A DNA stretch of 21,993 nt, from contig JAFRPB010000153.1 in assembly GCA_017429345.1 (NCBI GenBank), positions 1-21,993 of the forward strand. The letters are read 5' to 3'. Position numbers and translations under genes: made by a program. Below the pieces are notes generated by a model that searched no databases, was not told the origin of the DNA, and saw nothing but the letters and a program-made list of their open reading frames with translations. Shown here in pieces: positions 9,112 through 14,300 of the stretch; position 1 is the stretch's first letter, and the number at the start of each line of letters is the position of its first letter. The stretch is from Clostridia bacterium. Its GTDB lineage: Bacteria > Bacillota > Clostridia > Oscillospirales > Acutalibacteraceae.

Positions 9112-9270
9112 TCGCTTCGCGACTTGAATAGAAGAGAGAGTAAAGGAAAAACCGTTGCAAATCATAACAATTTTGCTTGTTTTACCGTTTCTATAATTGG
9201 GGTATGGGGCGGAGCCCCATCATTACCTCCTCCCTCCTCCTTCCTACTTCCTCCTTCATCGGGCGCAGCC

Positions 9271-9286
9271 CGATAAATCAGAATTT
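9271..9286 (+). repeat. Copy 2 of the CGATAAATCAGAATTT motif. Single half-site immediately 5' of the RBS of the first WYL-like gene.
   Basis: Exact 16-mer. GAAAGGAG RBS begins 1 nt after the motif, ATG at 9300. Confidence 0.6.
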
Positions 9287-9299
9287 GAAAGGAGTCTCC

Positions 9300-10520
9300 A
9301 TGCCCTACCAAGAGCTGATCAAAAATTTTTCCCGGGTACGGGCGTACCTGCGCCAGTTTTACGTTTACGGCTTCCGCAGCCGGAGCGAATTCGACGAAAA
9401 AAGCGCCCGTTCCTATGACGATGAGCGCCGCCGGGTCGAAAGCTGGCTGAGGGAGTACGTGTCCGCCCGCCGCACGCCGGAGGGAAAGAATATCTATATC
9501 TCCGTTGACAGCCGCCGCAGGAGCCGTGATCCTCTTTACCGGGTGTGGAAAACGAAGAGCTTCACCGACGGCGATATCACCTTGCACTTTCTGATCTTTG
9601 ACGTTCTTTATACGCCAACGGCGGCGCTGACTGTAACCGGGATCCTTTTGGGGATCGATGAGCGGCTTTCCGCATTTCCTTCGGCGAAGACCTTCGACGA
9701 GTCCACCCTGCGCAAAAAGCTGGAGGAGTACGTCCGGGAGGGACTGATCGTAAAAGAGAAAAAAGGCAGAGCCGTGTTTTACCGGCGCGCGCAGGGAACG
9801 CCGCTGCCCGAGGCGGACGCGCTGGCGTTTTTCTCCGAAGCTGCGCCCTGCGGCGTGATCGGCTCTTTCCTTGAGGATAAGACCGATGAGCGTCCGGAGC
9901 ATTTTTTATTCAAGCATCATTATATCACCCAGACGGCGGACAGCGAGATCCTTTGCCGCGTCTTCGAGGCGATCTCCGACCGGCGGGAGCTGATCTCCGT
10001 TTCCCGACACCGGGAATCGCTCGCGCGCGTCCTGCCGCTGCGGGTCTATATCAGCGTGCAGGGCGGCAGACAGTATCTGGCGGCTTACGACTTCGATATG
10101 AAACGCGTCGTTTTTCAGCGAATAGACCTGATCGAGTCCGTCGCTGCGGGGCCGGTTTGCGGGGAGTTTGAAACGTACCGGAGAAAACTGGACGGGCTTG
10201 CGCCGCATATCTGGGGCGTAAGTCTCTCCGGCAGAGCGCTCGAGCACGTCGATTTTACGATCCGTTATGAAGACGACGAGCCCCATATTCCCCTGCGCCT
10301 CGAGCGGGAAAAACGCTGCGGAACGGTGGAGCGGCTGAATGCGAATGAAAGCCGCTTTTCCGCCGGGCTGTACGACGCGGGGGAGCTGATTCCATGGATG
10401 CGCACATTTATCGGCAGGATTACGGAGTATCACTTCTCAAGTCCGAAGCGGGAAGAGCGGTTCCGGGAGGATCTGGAACGGATGTATGCACAGTACGGGA
10501 TCGGAGGCGACGAAGAATGA
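9300..10520 (+). CDS. WYL/WCX-like putative ligand-sensing transcriptional regulator, paralog 1 (406 aa)
   Basis: Start at MPYQELIK (RBS AGGAG 7 nt upstream); the longer ORF-track start has no RBS. Central wHTH-like segment (TFDESTLRKKLEEYVREGLIVKEKKGRAVFY). WYL-like strand motif KRVVFQRIDLIESV. C-terminal WCX-like tail ELIPWMRTFIGRITEY. Stop overlaps the next start (ATGA). Family assignment rests on motif recognition, not a search. Confidence 0.5.
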   Translation: MPYQELIKNFSRVRAYLRQFYVYGFRSRSEFDEKSARSYDDERRRVESWLREYVSARRTPEGKNIYISVDSRRRSRDPLYRVWKTKSFTDGDITLHFLIFDVLYTPTAALTVTGILLGIDERLSAFPSAKTFDESTLRKKLEEYVREGLIVKEKKGRAVFYRRAQGTPLPEADALAFFSEAAPCGVIGSFLEDKTDERPEHFLFKHHYITQTADSEILCRVFEAISDRRELISVSRHRESLARVLPLRVYISVQGGRQYLAAYDFDMKRVVFQRIDLIESVAAGPVCGEFETYRRKLDGLAPHIWGVSLSGRALEHVDFTIRYEDDEPHIPLRLEREKRCGTVERLNANESRFSAGLYDAGELIPWMRTFIGRITEYHFSSPKREERFREDLERMYAQYGIGGDEE

Positions 10521-11431
10521 CCTTTTTCAGCGAGCTTTACGGCGCTTATTACAACGCTGTCGCGAAGATCCTTGCCGCCGCCGTGCAAAGCCCCGTGACG
10601 AAGGAGGATATCCGCCGCATCGTGCGGGAGAACGCCTTCGCCGAAAGCGGGATTGAGATCGAATCGGCGATCTTCGCGCGATGGCAGCTGCTTGACGAGC
10701 GGGGCGGAACGCCGCTTCGGCATGTGCCCACGACACCCCTGACGCATCTGCAGAAGCGTTGGCTCAAGGCGGTCTCTCTTGACCCGCGTCTTGCGCTATT
10801 TGACGCGCCTTTTCCGGAGCTCAAGGGTGTGGAGCCGTTGTTTCAACCGGAGGATATCTGTGTGTTCGACCGTTTCACGGACGGCGACCCCTATGGGGAC
10901 GAAACCTATATTCGCATATTCCGCATTATGATGAGCGCGGTGCGGGAGCGGACGCCGCTTTACGTCGAGATGCTTGCCCCGAGAACAGGTGCGCGGAAAA
11001 TGATTCTGCTGCCCCTGAAGCTGGAATATTCTGAAAAGGACGATAAATTCCGTCTGCTTGCGGCGGACGGCAGGGGAGAGGTTACATTGAATCTGGCGCG
11101 GGTCACGCTGTGCCGTCCCTATGACGGTGCGCCGGTGCATTTTGCGAACCCGGCGGATTTTGCCGGCAATCGGGAAGAACGCAACTTTGTGCTTGAACTG
11201 ACGGAAGAGCGCAACACTCTTGAGCGGGTGATGCTGCATTTCGCCCATTTCAGAAAGGAAGCCCGGCGGGCGGAGAACGGCAGATATCTTGTAAGAGTCT
11301 TTTACGAGCGTCCGGACGAGACGGAGCTGGTGATCCGCGTGCTCTCATTCGGCCCCACCGTGACCATCCGCGAACCGGACCGGTTCGCCGGACTGGTGAG
11401 AGAACGGCTTTTGAAACAGTATAAATTCTGA
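10517..11431 (+). CDS. WYL/WCX-like putative regulator, paralog 2 (304 aa), translationally coupled to paralog 1 (PafB/PafC-like pair)
   Basis: C-terminus LVIRVLSFGPTVTIREPDRFAGLVRERL closely matches the conserved WCX tail of WYL regulators (...[VI]LSFGP-V-VLEP-ELRE...). WYL-like segment LPLKLEYSEKDDKFRLLAADG...LNLARVTLCR. GGAGG 10 nt upstream. Stop TGA lies inside motif copy 3. Confidence 0.5.
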   Translation: MTFFSELYGAYYNAVAKILAAAVQSPVTKEDIRRIVRENAFAESGIEIESAIFARWQLLDERGGTPLRHVPTTPLTHLQKRWLKAVSLDPRLALFDAPFPELKGVEPLFQPEDICVFDRFTDGDPYGDETYIRIFRIMMSAVRERTPLYVEMLAPRTGARKMILLPLKLEYSEKDDKFRLLAADGRGEVTLNLARVTLCRPYDGAPVHFANPADFAGNREERNFVLELTEERNTLERVMLHFAHFRKEARRAENGRYLVRVFYERPDETELVIRVLSFGPTVTIREPDRFAGLVRERLLKQYKF

Positions 11432-11486
11432 TTTATCGTTCTGCCGTGATACCATGTGCGCTTGACTCCGCGACAAATCAGAATTT
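11423..11486. repeat. Inverted pair of the motif (AAATTCTGATTTATCG ... CGACAAATCAGAATTT) around a 32-nt spacer. The left arm overlaps the WYL paralog-2 stop codon.
   Basis: 11423-11438 is the exact reverse complement of the 16-mer. 11471-11486 is a 15/16 copy (T to C at position 4) in direct orientation. Confidence 0.6.
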
Positions 11487-11491
11487 AACTT

Positions 11492-11527
11492 CGCATCTTT
11501 TTTTCCGTGAAAAAGGTGCGTTTTTTT
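11492..11527 (+). terminator. Rho-independent terminator after the WYL gene pair: stem cgcatcttttt / aaaaaggtgcg (one G-U), 7-nt loop, then TTTTTTT.
   Basis: Inverted repeat 11492-11502 / 11510-11520 followed by a T7 run at 11521-11527. Confidence 0.5.
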
Positions 11528-11535
11528 GTTATACT
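11527..11535 (+). promoter_or_regulatory. Extended -10 element TGtTATACT immediately after the terminator. Candidate promoter for the long leader/SPFH transcript.
   Basis: TG at -15/-14 followed by TATACT. Weak -35 (cgtgaa). The downstream ~430 nt carry no credible ORF before the SPFH start. Confidence 0.3.
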
Positions 11536-11962
11536 CTTCCTGCAGGATCGCCAGAGCGGGCGCTTCGCGGGAAGCCGCGGCGCTGCGGTGCACAGGATGA
11601 TATCCTTTTTATGTATGCCGGCGATGCTGCGGCGCGTGATAAGCGCATCGTGCAAGGCCGCACATTATTGCGGGTTCGACTCCCGCCGCGAGCAAATCGT
11701 GACCGATGGTTGGTGTTTATTGAGGAACTGCATTTTATGCGTCAGTTGCACAGAAAAAAGAAACGGCGTTCCGGCGAATCGATGCGGAAAATCTTCTCCC
11801 GCGTTTTCGCAGCGCGGACGGAGCCCTGCCTTTCGGCGGATACCGCTTTGCAAAACGGAAGACCGAATTATCCGTCTTTCGCCGGTCGAAGCTCAAGCCG
11901 GGAGCCGCCCCGTCGGCGCGGAACGCCGCGACGCGATCAACCTTTTAGGAGGAATATATATT

Positions 11963-13072
11963 ATGAAAAAAAGTATGATCAAAAAGACCGTCGTTCACGA
12001 GAACGAAAGAGGCCTGCTGTTCAAAAACGGCAGGTTCGTCCGCAGGCTCCTGCCGGGCAGATACTACGCCGTCGGCGACAGCGAGATCGAAACGCTGCCC
12101 GTGTCCGCGCCGCTGCGATCGGCGTTCTGTGAGACGCAGACGCTTCTGCGCGACCCGCAGATCGCTTCGGAGACCGCCCGCGTGGACGTTCGCGACAGAC
12201 AGAGGGCGCTGCACTATGCGGATGGCAGGTTCAAAGAGCTGCTTCCCGTCGGTACACACGTATTCTGGACCGCCGCCGGCGCACACGAATTCCGCGTGCT
12301 GGACGCCTCCGTTCCCGATCTGCCGGAGGATTTTCCCCGCGACATTCCGGCTGACATTCTCGGCAGTGACGTCTGCACGTTTGTGATCCATGCCGAAGAG
12401 GTAGGACTGCTGTTCGTCAACGGCAGGTTCGACCGTCTGTTGGAAGCCGGCGTCCACGCGTTTTGGGATCTGCCTGAGTTCCGGGTCTCCGTACGCTGCA
12501 GCGATACTCAGCTGCAGCAGATGAATATCTCCTCGCAGGAGCTGCTGACCGCAGACCGGGTCACGATCCGCGTCAATTTTGTGGTCGGCTGGCGCGTCAC
12601 CGACCACGTCCGTGCGGCGTTGGAGCTGGACAATCAGACAGAACTGCTTTACACCGCCGCGCAGCTGGTGCTGCGGGAGGTCGTCGGCAAATACCGCCTT
12701 GACGAGCTTCTGGAACATAAAGAGGCCCTCTCCGGCGAGGCGCTGGAGCTGCTGCGCAAAAAAGCGGAGTCCCTCTTCGCCGAGGTGACCGACGCGGGCG
12801 TAAAGGATATCATTCTGCCCGGCGAGGTGCGGGATATCATGAACACTGTCCTGGTGGCGGAAAAGCGCGCGCAGGCCAACGTCATTACCCGCCGTGAAGA
12901 GGTCGCTTCCACCCGTTCGCTGCTCAACACGGCGAAAATGATGGAAGAGAATCCCACGCTTTATAAGCTCAAGGAGCTGGAATATGCGGAGCGCATCTGC
13001 GAGAACGTGGGAAATATCAACCTCAACGGCGGGGACCTGCTCGGCGGGCTACTGGCGGTGTTGGGAAGGTAA
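11963..13072 (+). CDS. Cytoplasmic SPFH/band-7 (stomatin-prohibitin-flotillin-HflKC) domain protein with a triplicated N-terminal motif (369 aa)
   Basis: AGGAGG RBS 10 nt upstream of ATG 11963; the 5' extension of the ORF track is Arg/Cys-rich junk. SPFH core (RVNFVVGWRVTDHVRAALELDN...LREVVGKYRLDELLEHKEAL...VKDIILPGEV...AEKRAQANVITRREE), then a coiled-coil tail. Three N-terminal repeats of G-LLF-NGRF---LL-G-H-FW. No N-terminal TM helix. Confidence 0.65.
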   Translation: MKKSMIKKTVVHENERGLLFKNGRFVRRLLPGRYYAVGDSEIETLPVSAPLRSAFCETQTLLRDPQIASETARVDVRDRQRALHYADGRFKELLPVGTHVFWTAAGAHEFRVLDASVPDLPEDFPRDIPADILGSDVCTFVIHAEEVGLLFVNGRFDRLLEAGVHAFWDLPEFRVSVRCSDTQLQQMNISSQELLTADRVTIRVNFVVGWRVTDHVRAALELDNQTELLYTAAQLVLREVVGKYRLDELLEHKEALSGEALELLRKKAESLFAEVTDAGVKDIILPGEVRDIMNTVLVAEKRAQANVITRREEVASTRSLLNTAKMMEENPTLYKLKELEYAERICENVGNINLNGGDLLGGLLAVLGR

Positions 13073-13107
13073 ATTCTGATTTATCGCGGAGCGATAAATC
13101 AGAATTT
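13071..13107. repeat. Perfect 37-bp palindrome built from two inverted motif copies, AAATTCTGATTTATCGC-GGA-GCGATAAATCAGAATTT, starting inside the SPFH stop codon.
   Basis: Read directly; both 17-nt arms are exact reverse complements with a 3-nt spacer. Stop TAA at 13070-13072. Confidence 0.7.
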
Positions 13108-13252
13108 AGTCCCGAGTTTCAAGCCCCGAGTCTCGATGCGATAATTTTCAGTCAGGATAATAAATGGAAAAACGTATTGTTTCCTGCTGTTTTACCAAGA
13201 CGCACGAGCTTACCTCACGTATCTCGGAACTCGGAACTCGGGACTCGGGACT
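13108..13252. repeat. Inverted arrays of the heptamer CTCGGRA flanking an 85-bp AT-rich core: two copies on the left in reverse orientation, four perfect tandem copies on the right.
   Basis: Left arm agtcccgagtttcaagccccgagtctcg (13108-13135). Right arm ctcggaa ctcggaa ctcggga ctcggga (13223-13250). The right arm is immediately followed by motif copy 5. Confidence 0.5.
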
Positions 13253-13256
13253 TTAT

Positions 13257-13272
13257 CGATAAATCAGAATTT
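13257..13272 (+). repeat. Copy 5 of the CGATAAATCAGAATTT motif. Single half-site immediately 5' of the RBS of the hypothetical gene, embedded in the local palindrome TTTATCGATAAA.
   Basis: Exact 16-mer. GGAAGGAG RBS starts 1 nt after, ATG at 13286. Same motif-RBS-ATG layout as at 9271. Confidence 0.6.
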
Positions 13273-13285
13273 GGAAGGAGAAGCC

Positions 13286-13840
13286 ATGAAACATACTGTC
13301 GACCGCGGAGAGCTTTGGGACGCATGTAATTATTCCTTTCAATATGCTGATAAGTTTCCCACACGATATTATAATATCAACGACGAACGCATCGAAGCGC
13401 TTGAGGATGTTCTCGTCGCGCTGAATATTCCACAGACCCGATTTCAGACTTATTATTATGATTACGATTATATCCCCATTCCCGTGACGCCGCTGGTGCC
13501 CGCGCTGAAAGCCTACGTCGAAACGGTGAACGATAAAAACATCCGCCGTGCGCTGCGCGACGTGCCGGATGACAGATACGAATGCGCTTTTAACCGTATC
13601 TGTTGGGATGACCGGGAATTCCGTCACGGCTGGAATGAGTTTTCCGCGGATATCGTAAACGGGGTCTGTGAGCGGTGGTGCGCGGAATACAATGTGACGC
13701 CGATCCGGGATCCCAGATGCGCATGGACCGGGGAAAAAGACAGGGAGTTCAATGCCGCTTCCGCCCGCAGAATGCAGAAAGAATATGAAGCGTCGAAAGG
13801 GCGGTTCCGAAGATATCGGAAAGAAAAGAGCAAATATTGA
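13286..13840 (+). CDS. Hypothetical Cys/Trp-rich protein with a basic C-terminal tail (184 aa), no recognisable family
   Basis: Good RBS (AGGAG, 5-nt spacer). Codon usage consistent with neighbours. Conserved-looking Cys pairs (CAFNRICW, VCERWCAEY, PRCAWTG) and a KGRFRRYRKEKSKY tail. Directly upstream of the rtcB remnant with an 24-nt gap. Confidence 0.45.
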   Translation: MKHTVDRGELWDACNYSFQYADKFPTRYYNINDERIEALEDVLVALNIPQTRFQTYYYDYDYIPIPVTPLVPALKAYVETVNDKNIRRALRDVPDDRYECAFNRICWDDREFRHGWNEFSADIVNGVCERWCAEYNVTPIRDPRCAWTGEKDREFNAASARRMQKEYEASKGRFRRYRKEKSKY

Positions 13841-13864
13841 ATTTTTAAAGGAAGTGAACCGGAA

Positions 13865-14192
13865 TGATTGCCGTTTACGGAAAATACAATACAGCCCTTT
13901 GCTACTGCTCCGTTTCGGAGGAGGCTGCGGCGGAGCAGATCAGAACGATTTGCGACAGGGCGAGTTCGCGGCTTCGTGTATCCGCATCATGCCCGACGTG
14001 CACGCCGGCAAAGGCTGCACCATCGGCACAACGATGACGCTGACCGACAGGGTCGTGCCCGCGATGGTCGGCGTCGATATCGGCTGCGGAATGCTCACGG
14101 TCAAGCTGAACGCGCGGGAGCTTGACTTTGCCCAGATGATCATCTGCCGCTGCGGTTCCGTAACAGGGGGCGTGCAGTTTATGGAGAAATAA
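13865..14192 (+). pseudogene. rtcB: RtcB RNA-ligase remnant: N-terminal ~110 codons only, with a -1 frameshift near 13950, then truncation
   Basis: Frame-2 start MIAVYGKYNTALCYCSVSEEAAAEQIRTICD continues in frame 0 as (Q)GEFAASCIRIMPDVHAGKGCTIGTTMTLTDRVVPAMVGVDIGCGM. This matches the N-terminus of bacterial RtcB (MPDVHxGxG...VGVDIGCGM). Re-reading the shared c at the junction restores ...ICDQGEFAASCIRIM. The ORF ends ~35 codons after GCGM, whereas intact RtcB is ~400-480 aa. Followed by a terminator and a low-GC gene on the opposite strand. Confidence 0.6.
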
Positions 14193-14224
14193 TATTGGCT
14201 CACCGATTTTTTTTTACAACTCAA

Positions 14225-14260
14225 AAGCCGAGAATCACCAAAGTCAGTGGTTCTCGGCTT
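14225..14260. terminator. Rho-independent terminator (10-bp stem aagccgagaa / ttctcggctt) shared by the convergent rtcB remnant and the membrane-protein gene.
   Basis: Perfect stem around a 16-nt loop. The minus-strand RNA continues UUUUGAG. The plus strand has T9 just before the stem. Confidence 0.6.
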
Positions 14261-14300
14261 CTTTGACGCTGTTTATTTACATCCTTTTATTTACTTTGAT

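Noticed and set aside
11622-11697. Possible intact tRNA gene around the GGTTCGACTCC T-arm
   Set aside because: No complementary 5' acceptor strand (gctcgcg) or D/anticodon arms could be placed upstream. Only the 3' half is tRNA-like.
11507-11962. 152-codon in-frame extension upstream of the SPFH start, and the overlapping 11446..12132 ORF
   Set aside because: Arg/Cys/Pro-rich, spans a terminator and a promoter, and the true start has AGGAGG. Treated as untranslated leader.
13071-13107. The motif palindromes as simple intrinsic terminators only
   Set aside because: Their stems are AU-rich at the base and lack a clean downstream U-tract. Identical half-sites also occur singly in 5'UTRs where no hairpin can form, so a purely terminator role does not explain the family.
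14221-14300. Continuation of rtcB in another frame beyond 14192
   Set aside because: Alternative frames after GCGM run into the terminator hairpin at 14225-14260 and then the low-GC convergent gene. No RtcB-like sequence (His/Cys metal ligands of the C-terminal region) is recoverable.
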